Of a stretch of 32,612 bases of DNA, positions 1 to 9,331 are shown one piece after another. The stretch covers positions 1-32,612 of the forward strand of contig JAADFA010000059.1 in the NCBI GenBank assembly GCA_013153135.1, read 5' to 3'. This DNA comes from Chloroflexota bacterium (GTDB lineage: Bacteria > Chloroflexota > Anaerolineae > Anaerolineales > DRMV01). The position numbers and the translations under genes were made by a program. The stretch's first letter is position 1, and each line of letters begins with the position of its first letter. The notes below the pieces were generated by a model. It was not told the origin of the DNA and made no database searches. It saw nothing but the letters and a program-made list of their open reading frames with translations.

Positions 1-1
1 C

Positions 2-1072
2 CCTGAGCGCCGCGACCCGACGCACCTGCCGCCCCCGCGCGGCGCGTCCAAGCTGCTCGAGACCTTTACCCAATACGGCGATTGGCTGCGCCGGCTGGGG
101 ATTTCGTACGTGGGCACGCTCAACGACGCCATCCAGGCCGGACGTTTGCGCCAGATTATCCTCGTAGCCGAGGCCTTGCATCAGCAGCAGCTGGCTACCA
201 TCGCCCAGACCATCGCTGAACGTCGCCGTGAGATCCGCGTCGTGCTCATCGCAGGCCCGTCTTCCGCGGGCAAGACCACCTTTGCCCGCCGGCTCGCGGT
301 GCAGCTGCTCACCCACGGCATCGCTCCCTTTGCCCTCGAGGTCGATAACTACTTTGTCGATCGCGAACAGACTCCGCGTGATGAAAACGGCCAATACGAC
401 TTTGAGCACATCGACGCGGTGCAGCGGTATCGGTTGGTGCACGACCTTAAGCGCCTTATCGCAGGGGAACGGGTGCGTTTGCCGCGCTACAACTTTGTCA
501 CGGGCCGGAGCGAGCCCGGCCCCGAAGTGCAACTCAAACCGGGCCAGATGATCATCCTCGAAGGCATCCACGGCCTCAACCCGGATCTCCTACCTGGCTT
601 CCCTCAGGAGCAGGCTTTCCGGATTTACGTTTCCGCCTTCACCCAACTAAACCTGGACCGCCATAACCGGGTGTCGACCACAGATACCCGCCTATTGCGC
701 CGCATTGTCCGGGATGCGCGCGAGCGCGGTTATCAAGCCCGCCACACCATCGCGCATTGGGATATGGTGCGCCGGGGCGAACGCCGCTGGATTTTCCCCT
801 TTCAGGAACAGGCCGATGTCATGTTCAATTCGGCCCTGGTTTACGAGCTCGCCGTGCTCAAACCCTTCGCGGAACCTCTCTTACTCCAAGTCCCTCCCCA
901 CACCCGCGAACGTATCGAGGCCAAGCGCTTGCTTTCACTGTTGGAGTGGTTCCTGCCCGTCGAGGCCGACGGCGTGCCTGATAACTCCATCCTGCGCGAA
1001 TTTATCGGCGGTTCTATCTTGAAGGATTTCACTGTGTGGGACCCACGAGGGGACCACGTGGATAAGCAGTAA
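2..1072 (+). CDS. Nucleoside/uridine kinase family protein (long type), 5'-truncated by the window edge
   Basis: Frame is open from position 2 (PERRDPTHLPP...), so 110 is not the true start. Walker A AGPSSAGKTT, plus YDFEH, IILEGIHGLNP and DTRLLRRIVRD motifs of the long uridine kinase family. Confidence 0.85.
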   Translation, partial: PERRDPTHLPPPRGASKLLETFTQYGDWLRRLGISYVGTLNDAIQAGRLRQIILVAEALHQQQLATIAQTIAERRREIRVVLIAGPSSAGKTTFARRLAVQLLTHGIAPFALEVDNYFVDREQTPRDENGQYDFEHIDAVQRYRLVHDLKRLIAGERVRLPRYNFVTGRSEPGPEVQLKPGQMIILEGIHGLNPDLLPGFPQEQAFRIYVSAFTQLNLDRHNRVSTTDTRLLRRIVRDARERGYQARHTIAHWDMVRRGERRWIFPFQEQADVMFNSALVYELAVLKPFAEPLLLQVPPHTRERIEAKRLLSLLEWFLPVEADGVPDNSILREFIGGSILKDFTVWDPRGDHVDKQ

Positions 1073-1236
1073 GTAATCTCAAAAGCGTCACGTTTCACGA
1101 GAGCGTTGCATCTAAGCAAAGGTCGCAGTTGGAGGTATATGGAGGGGCGTTTAGCGCGTGGTTGTCAGGCTGACGGCGTTGGCTTATCTCTAACAGAAAT
1201 CTAACGCCCTTCGCGCGCGCCGTGCGCGGCGAAGCG

Positions 1237-1245
1237 TGCTACAAT
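1237..1245 (+). promoter_or_regulatory. Extended -10 promoter element (TGcTACAAT) for trxB
   Basis: TGnTACAAT lies about 40 nt upstream of the ATG at 1283, which has an AGGAGG RBS. Confidence 0.55.
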
Positions 1246-1282
1246 AGGGGCCGCAAAACGCCAGTTGGTTAGGAGGGCGGTG

Positions 1283-2299
1283 ATGTCGTTGGGTTTTCAG
1301 GTTAACAGCCTTATGTCAACGAGTGCTTCCCCCGAGGAACGAGTACAGGTTTTAATCCTAGGCTCGGGCCCCGCTGGGTTGGCGGCGGCCTTATATGCAG
1401 GGCGGGCCGAACTCAACCCTGTGGTCTTAACTGGCCTCGAGGTCGGCGGTCAGGTGACACTGACCGAAATTATCGAGAACTATCCCGGCTTCCCGGATGG
1501 TGTGAAAGGCCCAGAACTAGCCGAGCGGTTCAAAAAGCAGGCTGAGCGTTTTGGCGCGCGTTTAGTTATGGATGTCGCGACCGAGGTGGACTTGAAGCAA
1601 CGCCCCTTGGTCGTCAAAACCTACAGCACCACCTATTTGGCCGATGTGCTCATTATTGCGACGGGCGCATCCCCGCGCAAGCTCAATGTGCCCGGTGAAG
1701 AGGAGTATACCGGCCGGGGCGTGTCGTACTGCGCGACGTGTGATGGGTGGTTCTTCCAGGATAAAGACGTGATCGTGGTCGGAGGTGGGGATAGTGCGGT
1801 GGAGGAGGGCCTCTTCTTGACCCGTTACGCGCGCACCGTCACCATTGTGCATCGCCGGGATCAGCTGCGCGCGGGGCCCTTGCTACAGCGCCGTGCTCGG
1901 GCCAACCCCAAGATCAAGTACCTCTTCAATACCGTGGTTGAAGAGATCTTGGGTGACGGCGAGCAGGTGACCGGTGTCCGTCTGAAGAATCTCAAGACGG
2001 GCGAGGTGTACGAAAAGCCCATTGATGGCGTGTTCATCTTTGTTGGCTACATCCCTAACACCAAGCTCTTTGAAGGCCAATTGGAGCTGGATGAGCGGGG
2101 TTACATCAAAGTTCACGATTGGGTGTACACCAACATCCCCGGCGTGTTTGCCGCGGGTGAGGTGGCGGACCCGGTCTACCGCCAGGTAATCACCTCCGCG
2201 GGCATGGGTGCGGCCGCGGCCATCGCGGCAGGGCATTACCTTGATGAAGTGCTCTTCAGCCAGGAACAGGCCCAAAAGGCCTCTGAAAGCGCGTCCTGA
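1283..2299 (+). CDS. trxB: Thioredoxin-disulfide reductase
   Basis: GSGPAG FAD motif, GVSYCATCDG redox motif, GGGDSAVEE and HRRDQLRA NADPH motifs. Start placed at ATG 1283 after AGGAGG (1271-1276). Confidence 0.95.
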   Translation: MSLGFQVNSLMSTSASPEERVQVLILGSGPAGLAAALYAGRAELNPVVLTGLEVGGQVTLTEIIENYPGFPDGVKGPELAERFKKQAERFGARLVMDVATEVDLKQRPLVVKTYSTTYLADVLIIATGASPRKLNVPGEEEYTGRGVSYCATCDGWFFQDKDVIVVGGGDSAVEEGLFLTRYARTVTIVHRRDQLRAGPLLQRRARANPKIKYLFNTVVEEILGDGEQVTGVRLKNLKTGEVYEKPIDGVFIFVGYIPNTKLFEGQLELDERGYIKVHDWVYTNIPGVFAAGEVADPVYRQVITSAGMGAAAAIAAGHYLDEVLFSQEQAQKASESAS

Positions 2300-2355
2300 G
2301 CCGCGTTGTTTTTCGCGCTTGTTCGAAACTCCCTCCTCCCTCTCCCCACCTCCCT

Positions 2356-2381
2356 GAACGCCCGGCTTCGGCCGGGCGTTC
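2356..2381 (+). terminator. GC-rich hairpin downstream of trxB
   Basis: Perfect 11-bp stem GAACGCCCGGC/GCCGGGCGTTC with a TTCG loop. No U-tract, so a terminator role is uncertain. Confidence 0.5.
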
Positions 2382-2444
2382 CTCGCGCCTTAAAGCGGTT
2401 ATACTAGCGCGTGTATCTTTGCTCTTTCCGTCAGGAGGCAATGC

Positions 2445-2729
2445 ATGGCCATAGAACGGATACACGCGCGGGTTGAAGGTCGGGTGCAGGGCGTCGGCTT
2501 TCGACACTTTGTTTGGACTCAGGCGCAAGCCTTGGGCCTGACAGGGTGGGTGCGCAACCGTCGGGATGGTTCGGTTGAAGTGGTGGCAGAAGGCCCTGCG
2601 GAGGCCTTGGACGTCCTGGTTCGCGCGTTACACCAAGGCCCGCCCGCATCGCGCGTCAAGGCCGTGCATGTGCAGCGGGGCCCCGCGACGCACGAATTCC
2701 TTACTTTTGATATCCGGCCGACGGTGTAA
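2445..2729 (+). CDS. acyP: Acylphosphatase
   Basis: GRVQGVGFR and GWVRNRRDGSVEV signatures; AGGAGG RBS; 94 aa. Confidence 0.95.
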   Translation: MAIERIHARVEGRVQGVGFRHFVWTQAQALGLTGWVRNRRDGSVEVVAEGPAEALDVLVRALHQGPPASRVKAVHVQRGPATHEFLTFDIRPTV

Positions 2730-2741
2730 CGTTTAGCACCA

Positions 2742-4268
2742 TTAGTGCCGAAAGTGCCGCCGGCCCGTGAAAATCATGGCTAGGCCCAAGCGGTCAGCTG
2801 CCGCGATGACCTCAGCATCGCGCTTGGAGCCGCCTGGTTGAATAATGGCCGTGACCCCAGCTTGCGCCGCGACCTCAACCCCGTCTGGGAAGGGGAAAAA
2901 GGCATCGGAGGCCAGAACCGCCCCCCGGGCCCGTTCGCCCGCTTTGTGTACAGCCAGGTGTACAGCGTCAACCCGACTCATTTGTCCCGCGCCCACGCCA
3001 ACGGTTGCCCACGCTCCATCTACTTCACGCGCGAGAACAATGGCGTTGGATTTCACATGTTTGACCGCACGCCATGCGAAAACAAGCCCTTCCCATTCCA
3101 ACGCGGTAGGTTCGCGCTGGGTCACCACGCGCCACGAGGCCGGGTCTTCGGCCGCGATGTCGGGCGTTTGCAAAAGCCACCCCGCGACCGTGGTGCGTGC
3201 ATCCCAGGGCGGGAGCGCGTCTTGTTCGGGCAAGAGAAGGCGCAAGTTTTTGGACTTGCGCTTGAGACGCTCCAGGGCCGCGTCCGTAAACCCATCTGCG
3301 GCCAAGACCTCAATAAAGAGGTCGCGCATGGCTTCGGCCGCGGCGTCATCCACCACCCCGCGCACCGCGATGACCGAGCCAAACGCAGACACCGGGTCTG
3401 ACGCGAGCGCGCGGCGATACGCATCCGCAACGCTGCTCCCCAAGCCGATGCCGCATGGGTTGCCGTGTTTGACGATTACGACCGCGGGCGCGTCGAAATC
3501 TCGACTGGCACGCCAGGCTGCGTCCAGGTCGAGCCAATTGTTATACGACATGGCCTTGCCGTGCAGCTGCCGGAATGCCCCCGTTGCTTCGCGCGGGCGG
3601 TAGAGCGCCGCTCGCTGGTGTGGATTTTCACCGTATCGCAAAACCTGCACCCGCGTTAGGTCGATCAGCACGCGCTCGGGCCAGGCTTCGTCCTCGTCGC
3701 GCTGCGCAAGGTAATTGGCAATGGCCGTATCGTACGCGGCCGTGTGCGCGAAGGCCTTGACCGCGAGCTGACGGCGCAACGTCATGTCCACTCGGCCCTC
3801 GCGTAGCGCGCGCAACACAGGTTCGTAATCCTCCGGTTGCGTGAGCACCAGCACATGGGGAAAGTTCTTGGCTGCAGCGCGCAGCAGCGCGACGCCCCCG
3901 ATGTCGATGTTCTCAAGTGCTTCGTCCAAGGTCACGCCTTTGCGGCGCACCGTGGCCTCAAAGGGATAGAGGTTCACCGCGACCACGTCAATGGTCGGAA
4001 TACCGTGGCGTTCCAGTTCGGCTTGGTCCGCGGGCGTACGACGGCTGAGGATGCCGCCGTGGATCGCGGGGTGCAATGTCTTGACGCGACCGCCCAAGAT
4101 TTCGGGGAAGCCGGTCACCGTGCTGACAGGGCGCACGGGCAACCCAGCTTCTTGCAGCACACGGGCGGTGCCGCCGCTGGCGAGCAAGGTGTAGCCCAGC
4201 TCGACCAACCCGCGGGCAAAGGGCACCAGGCCCCGCTTGTCGCTCACCGAAAGTAGCGCGTAAGGCAT
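2742..4268 (-). CDS. purH: Bifunctional AICAR transformylase / IMP cyclohydrolase
   Basis: ALLSVSDK, GRVKTLHP, ENIDIGG, LRYGENPHQ, KHGNPCG, ASDAFFPF and terminal RHFRH motifs. AGGAGG RBS and TATAAT at 4318-4313 on the minus strand. Confidence 0.97.
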   Translation of the reverse strand: MPYALLSVSDKRGLVPFARGLVELGYTLLASGGTARVLQEAGLPVRPVSTVTGFPEILGGRVKTLHPAIHGGILSRRTPADQAELERHGIPTIDVVAVNLYPFEATVRRKGVTLDEALENIDIGGVALLRAAAKNFPHVLVLTQPEDYEPVLRALREGRVDMTLRRQLAVKAFAHTAAYDTAIANYLAQRDEDEAWPERVLIDLTRVQVLRYGENPHQRAALYRPREATGAFRQLHGKAMSYNNWLDLDAAWRASRDFDAPAVVIVKHGNPCGIGLGSSVADAYRRALASDPVSAFGSVIAVRGVVDDAAAEAMRDLFIEVLAADGFTDAALERLKRKSKNLRLLLPEQDALPPWDARTTVAGWLLQTPDIAAEDPASWRVVTQREPTALEWEGLVFAWRAVKHVKSNAIVLAREVDGAWATVGVGAGQMSRVDAVHLAVHKAGERARGAVLASDAFFPFPDGVEVAAQAGVTAIIQPGGSKRDAEVIAAADRLGLAMIFTGRRHFRH

Positions 4269-4336
4269 GCCTCGCCTCCTGAGTCCGGCGTGGGGTGGGG
4301 AGGGACGTGGGGATTATATCGCGGCGCCGTTCGCGC

Positions 4337-6154
4337 TTAGGGCCTCGAGGGCGAAGTCAGGATGGCTGCCTTGAGCCATACTGAAACGTCGCCCCGATTG
4401 GGCTGGCACGGCGCGAGGCTGGGAAGCCACCCACGCAGCCGATACCCCGCGCGCTGCAATTGCTCTTGGAAGTCTTCCGAAAGCACGCCGCGTACGACCA
4501 GCGCGACGTCGGCTTGTTGCAGCCAGGCTTGATCGAGCTCCGGGCTCCAGTACCCCCAGCGGCGCAACATCTCCGGATCGCCCGCCAGATATCGGTTGTA
4601 CCCCAGGTTGAGCTGCTGCGGGGCCAGTTGTACGTCCGGACCGTAGAGCAATAAACTCGCGTCGTACGCGGCCCAATACACCCGTGCCCCCTCAGGGACC
4701 CACGCGCGCAAGATTGCACCCGCTTGTTCATGTTGATATAAGATATCCTCTTCGCAAAAAGCCAAATTGGGAGGTCCCGCGAGGGTGAGCCCCGCGGCCA
4801 GGGCGAGGACCAAACCGCCGAAGAAAGCGCCAAAGGGAATACGGACGCGTCCATGCAGCACGCCGATAAGGGTCCCTACGATTGCGCCAACCAGCCCAAG
4901 GCCCAAAGCGAAGATAAATCCTAATTTGAGGTGAGGGTTGTTAAGGTGAGGCGTGAGGGCGGACATATCCCAACGTAGCAACAGACCTTGAACCCAGCGA
5001 TGAGTATATTTGTGCTCTTTTAAAGCGTGCAACCAAGGACTGCCGAGACCGAAACCAGCAAAAGTGCCAATCGCGCCCCCCCATATCCCAAGCTTCAACC
5101 ACGTGTTGGAACCTCTGCTAGAGGCGCCTATAGCCCAGGGATACCAGGTTGCCAACATGGGCGCGTAAAAAGCCATATAAAAATCGAAGTTCCCAATGTC
5201 GGCCCAAGCATGGGCTAGGACGAGGCCCCAACCGAGCAATGCCCAAACTCGTGCTTGAATACGTACCTCCGGTATTTGGGCTTTAAGTGCGGCCCAGGTT
5301 ACGGCCAGCAAGCCCGCCCATGCAGCGGGATACCGGCCGACGCCTCCACTCCACAGTCGATAAAGCGTGCTAAATTCGTAATCGGGTTTGTGGAAAACCT
5401 TGGGTAGACCATGGAGGTCAGGAAATATTTCTGGCCGCGGCACCCAGCTAGGAAGCAAACGATACCATTGCCAAAAGATGCCCGGAGCATAGAGCCCATG
5501 GCCCACAAGCATGATCAGACCAAAGGGAAGCCAGAACCAGCGAGCCCGGTGCCAACCCCAGCGGTAGAGCAAGCTCAGCCCCAAGACCGCGGGGACAAGG
5601 ACCATGTTCATTCGGGTGAGCACGAGCACGGCGCTGAGTAACCCGGCCAAGGCTAGTGCATAGGCGCTAGGTGGACGGAGAATAGGGTGAGGCAATACAA
5701 ACACAATAAGCGCTAGCATAAAATTAACTAGTGGCTGCGTGATGGCCAAGCCGTAGGCTTCAAGCCATATGGGGCTTAGGGCCGCGACCGCAAGGAACCA
5801 CAAGGCCCACCCCAATCCCCGTGCCCGGTATACTGCATAAGCCCAAAGTAGAAACGCGAACAAGGTCATGCTCGCGGCCGCGTAGCGACCGGTGTCCAGC
5901 CCTGGGCCAAAAATGCGTTGGAGCCATCCTGGGATAAGAAAAGAGAGCGGCATGTGATTGGTCCACGGCCCATAGGGCTCAAAGGGCCGATAGCGCCCTT
6001 GCGCGAACAGCCATCCTTTGTAAAGGTAAAGTCCCTCGTCCAAAACAGGTGCGGCGTGATGCACAACAATCCACAACCGCACAGCAGCCAAACCCAGAAG
6101 TCCGACCGTGAGAAAACCGCCTATGATTAATAAGGCATACTTCCGAGCGTCCAT
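4337..6154 (-). CDS. Polytopic membrane protein, probable GT-C fold glycosyltransferase (ArnT/PMT-like)
   Basis: Many hydrophobic segments. Acidic DEG motif (LDEGLYLYKG) follows the first TM helix, then NHMPL; soluble C-terminal domain; AGGAGG RBS. Confidence 0.65.
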   Translation of the reverse strand: MDARKYALLIIGGFLTVGLLGLAAVRLWIVVHHAAPVLDEGLYLYKGWLFAQGRYRPFEPYGPWTNHMPLSFLIPGWLQRIFGPGLDTGRYAAASMTLFAFLLWAYAVYRARGLGWALWFLAVAALSPIWLEAYGLAITQPLVNFMLALIVFVLPHPILRPPSAYALALAGLLSAVLVLTRMNMVLVPAVLGLSLLYRWGWHRARWFWLPFGLIMLVGHGLYAPGIFWQWYRLLPSWVPRPEIFPDLHGLPKVFHKPDYEFSTLYRLWSGGVGRYPAAWAGLLAVTWAALKAQIPEVRIQARVWALLGWGLVLAHAWADIGNFDFYMAFYAPMLATWYPWAIGASSRGSNTWLKLGIWGGAIGTFAGFGLGSPWLHALKEHKYTHRWVQGLLLRWDMSALTPHLNNPHLKLGFIFALGLGLVGAIVGTLIGVLHGRVRIPFGAFFGGLVLALAAGLTLAGPPNLAFCEEDILYQHEQAGAILRAWVPEGARVYWAAYDASLLLYGPDVQLAPQQLNLGYNRYLAGDPEMLRRWGYWSPELDQAWLQQADVALVVRGVLSEDFQEQLQRAGYRLRGWLPSLAPCQPNRGDVSVWLKAAILTSPSRP

Positions 6155-6223
6155 GTGTCCCTCCTATGTAATCGCAGAGGCGCTGGTATGATTTCGGCAT
6201 CCAAATATGAGGAGGCGGTAAGG

Positions 6224-6922
6224 ATGACCGTACCAACGGTCTTGCACGCGGACGAGGATGTGTTGGTGATCAACAAACCCGTTGGGCTGTTGTCCATACC
6301 CGATGGGTACGATCCGAACAAACCGCATGTGCGCGCCCTCCTGGAACCGGAATGGGGTCGGTTGTGGATTGTCCATCGGCTGGATAAGGATACGTCGGGC
6401 GTGATGGTGCTTGCGCGCAACGCGGACGCGCATAAACGCTTAAACCGTGCGTTTGAACAGGGTGAAGTAACGAAAGTGTATCACGCGTTGGTGCGCGGGA
6501 ACCCGGATTGGCAAACCAAAGAGGCGGCATGGCCTTTGCGCCCGAACGTGGGGAGACGTAAGCGCACGGTGGTGGATCCGCGTCGGGGTAAGCCTGCGCG
6601 TACCCACTTCCGGGTGCTCGAGCGGTTTGGTTCGCACGCGCTGGTTGAAGCCATCCCGCTCACGGGGCGACGGCATCAAATCCGCGCGCATTTGTACGCT
6701 TTAGGCCATCCGATTGTGGGCGATCCGTTGTATGGACCGGGGCCGCTGCCGGAGGACCCGCTGCCGCACCTGGGTTTGCACGCGCGGCGGTTGGTCTTTC
6801 CGCACCCGCGAACGCAGGAGACGATCGCAGTAACCGCGCCTTACCCCGCGACCTGGGATCGCGCGTTCGAAGCACTGCTCTTCGAGAAGGCGTGGGTCGA
6901 CCGAGACGAGACCGAAGGCTAA
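6224..6922 (+). CDS. RluA-family pseudouridine synthase
   Basis: INKPVGL, VHRLDKDTSG (catalytic Asp), TGRRHQIRAH and GHPIVGDPLYG. Start at ATG 6224 after GGAGG. Confidence 0.93.
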   Translation: MTVPTVLHADEDVLVINKPVGLLSIPDGYDPNKPHVRALLEPEWGRLWIVHRLDKDTSGVMVLARNADAHKRLNRAFEQGEVTKVYHALVRGNPDWQTKEAAWPLRPNVGRRKRTVVDPRRGKPARTHFRVLERFGSHALVEAIPLTGRRHQIRAHLYALGHPIVGDPLYGPGPLPEDPLPHLGLHARRLVFPHPRTQETIAVTAPYPATWDRAFEALLFEKAWVDRDETEG

Positions 6923-7021
6923 GGCGCGCTTGTGGGGCAGGCCGAGACCGCGCGGTCGATGCCGCGCAATGGCGCCCGCGCGGTTGGCTTAATGGGCTTT
7001 CGCCCTGGCCACAGCCTTGTT

Positions 7022-7206
7022 GGGGGAACGCAAAAGTTGTAGAAAGGCCAATCGCTCGCGTACCGCGGGCGCCGCGGCTAGAAGCCTGTGGCTAGTTGGC
7101 ATAAAATCGCGCGTGAATCATCCGGCCCAGCGCGCAGGAACGCGTGGCCGACGGCGAGCATAGCGGGCTGGTTTCGCCGCCCGCGCATAAGATTTGCCCG
7201 CATCCC
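7022..7206 (-). mobile_element. MITE-like repeat, copy A
   Basis: Reverse complement aligns with 17825-17966 and 32422-32612 (TGCRGGCAAATCT...GCGGGCGGCG...GCCCGCTAT...ATTTTATG..AACTAG..CAGGCT). Its left end GGGGGAACGCAAAAGTTGTAGAA matches 12040-12061. Confidence 0.65.
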
Positions 7207-7247
7207 TGCTGATGTTGGGAGGACGGGGGTAGCTCGCGGGGTGGTGC

Positions 7248-7691
7248 TTAGGGCAGGATGTGTACCTCATCGGCCAGCAGCGTGTCCGCGCTGCTTGGTT
7301 GTCCGATGGCTTGGATGCGATCGCCAGGTTGCAAGTCCTGCAGGTCGATAGGCTGACCTTCTCGCGACCGGATTACAGTTCCTGCGTGCAGGGCCACGTA
7401 TTGGATGCCCTGAATGGGCGTTTTCAGCACGATCACCTGCGCACTTATCATGACATCTTGGACAGTGCCTATAATTGCGATCGCTCCTTTGTTGACCGTC
7501 GCAACGGTGGCCGTTGTATCTGGTGGCGAAGGCGTTAGCCGCATAGACGTCACAGTGATGACGGGCGAAATTGTTGCGCGCAGCCCGGCCTGCTGGGCCG
7601 GGGCTGGTTCGGCGCGCTGACACGCGGCGGTAAGCGCGAGGAGTAGTAACACGAAGCCGATCTTTGTATGCATTGCTTGATTTCGCATCAT
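7248..7691 (-). CDS. Putative lipoprotein with a small C-terminal beta-barrel (OB/DUF5666-like) domain
   Basis: Lipobox-like LALTAA-C after a hydrophobic stretch; Pro/Thr-rich linker; GTV..V and DLQPGDRIQAIG...A..V pattern; GAGGAGG RBS. Confidence 0.7.
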   Translation of the reverse strand: MMRNQAMHTKIGFVLLLLALTAACQRAEPAPAQQAGLRATISPVITVTSMRLTPSPPDTTATVATVNKGAIAIIGTVQDVMISAQVIVLKTPIQGIQYVALHAGTVIRSREGQPIDLQDLQPGDRIQAIGQPSSADTLLADEVHILP

Positions 7692-7715
7692 CCTTTTCCT
7701 CCTCGGAGAGCCTGA

Positions 7716-7749
7716 GCGGGGATGACCAGGATAAGATGGTCATCCCCGC
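7716..7749. terminator. Perfect 13-bp inverted repeat between the gene fragment and the lipoprotein gene
   Basis: GCGGGGATGACCA-N8-TGGTCATCCCCGC; no clear U-tract. Confidence 0.45.
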
Positions 7750-7770
7750 CGAGGTCATGTTTGGCTCATA

Positions 7771-8016
7771 TCAGGGTAGATCATAGTAGTAGACCCACAC
7801 CCAGCTATTTTGCAGATAGCGCAGACCGAGGTCGGCCGCGACGGCTGGCGTGAGATCAACCGAGGACGGAACCGTAACCCGGCGCCCAAATTGATCTCGC
7901 CCCCCGTTGTAGTGGTAATTGTAGGCGTATTCGGCTTCGGACCAACAAAGCGGGATATCCCTAAAGCGACGTCGCGGGTTCGCCCCATTCGCTAAATCCC
8001 AGTGTTTAAGTATAAT
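7771..8016 (-). pseudogene. Start-less 81-codon gene fragment, probably the 3' end of a secreted-protein gene
   Basis: Manual translation: IILKHWDLANGANPRRRFRDIPLCWSEAEYAYNYHYNGGRDQFGRRVTVPSSVDLTPAVAADLGLRYLQNSWVWVYYYDLP*. No ATG in frame and no GTG/TTG near the 5' end; an AGGAGAGG RBS sits just upstream (8028-8021). Confidence 0.6.
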
Positions 8017-8061
8017 TTAACCTCTCCTGGTTCTATACCTGATCAATATCAATGTCTTCAG

Positions 8062-8089
8062 CCTCTGTGCCTTCAACATAGCACAGAGG
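8062..8089. terminator. 9-bp inverted repeat downstream of the histidine kinase gene
   Basis: CCTCTGTGC-N10-GCACAGAGG. Confidence 0.35.
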
Positions 8090-8125
8090 GCATAAAATCT
8101 GTGTTAAGTTGCCCTTCTGGGTACA

Positions 8126-9331
8126 TCAAAGGGGGAGGCGAATTGTGAAGATGCTCCCTTGGTCCGGTGTGCTGGTGAGATGGAGAGTGCCCCCGTGCAG
8201 TTGAACAAGGTGGACAACGAGGGGGAGGCCCAACCCTGTTCCGTTGGGGTGGTAGGTTCGGGCTTGTCGGCCGCGATAAAAGCGTGAAAATACAAACGGT
8301 TGTTCTTCAGGGGGGATGCCAATGCCTGTATCCGCAATGGAGATCACTGCCGTGTTATCTTGGCGGTCTTGATCAAGATGAATCTGAACAAGACCACCTT
8401 GCCGGTTATAATATATAGCATTTTCGATCAAATTGCGAAAGATTATAGCGAGCAGGGCTGAGTCGCCCAGGATTGCGAGCTCGGTATCGCCCGCGAGGTG
8501 CATGGTCACACCTTTTGACGCGGCCAAGTCCTCCATATCTAAGAGCACATCTTCTAGGAGTGGCCATAAGTATACGTCCTCACGGACGATTTGGCGTTCA
8601 TTTCGAGTGAGTAGGAGGAGACGCTCTGTAATGGTCTCCAGGCGCGCTAGGGTTTTATCTAAAGATGTACATAGTCTCACGATAGGTAGCGGCTGATGCG
8701 TGAGGATTAGCGAGCGCGGTTTCTAAGGTCATTCGCAATGTTGCCAGAGGCGTGCGTAACTCGTGCGCTGCATCCGAAACAAAGCGTTGTTGTTGTTCAA
8801 ACATGCGCGACAAACGGGCGAGCATCTGATTGAACGCTTCGGTTAATTGGCGAATTTCGTCATCCGGCCCTTCTGTGGGGAAGCGTTGATCCAGGTTATG
8901 TGGGTCAACGCTCGTGACGTGTTGCGTTAATATTCGGATAGGACGGAGAACATACCCGCTTAACCAATAAATCCCTAAGCCTCCAATAACTAAAATAAAC
9001 AGCGCACCTCCCAAGGAAACCACAAAGATATGCTGCAATATATGCTGCTGAAGTTGTCGGAGTTGATGCGCTTGCTGGATCTGCCAACCTTTGATGACGA
9101 GGGGGATGTTGAGGGTAGCTTTGGGTCTGAGGGCAGAGAAGGTGACTCTGTAGGAGGCAGGGCTAGGAGAGGAGAGATGAGCACTCGAGGGAGGGTGAAG
9201 TAGAGCGTAACATTGATAAAAAGCATAAGGCCCAGGCTTGCCCCAAAGAGGAGGATGGCTGACCAAAGGGCCAAACGTGCTTGGAGCGTTAGGTTGGGTT
9301 GTCGCCAGAACTGGAAATCACGAATTTTCAT
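8126..9331 (-). pseudogene. HAMP-domain sensor histidine kinase disrupted by two frameshifts
   Basis: TM1 in ORF 8990-9412 (ATG 9331). TM2, HAMP and H-box FVSDAAHELRTPL in ORF 8655-9266. N/G1/F/G2 boxes (NLIENAIYY, DTGIGI, FSRFYR, GTGLGL) in ORF 8126-8680. Confidence 0.85.

Noticed and set aside
2146-2163. TrxB FAAGEV instead of FAAGDV
   Set aside because: Conservative substitution with all other motifs intact; not evidence of altered function.
4269-4336. Possible ZMP/ZTP or purine riboswitch upstream of purH
   Set aside because: Only about 40 nt lie between the -10 box and the start codon, and no aptamer consensus is visible.
7012-7216. Target-site duplications at MITE copies A and D
   Set aside because: Flanks match only partly (copy A shares TGTT; copy D has TCGCTTG vs TCACTTG), too weak to call.
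7755-7988. 77-aa ORF from the track (MGRTRDVALG...)
   Set aside because: No motif or RBS. A different frame (7771-8016) carries the protein-like sequence.
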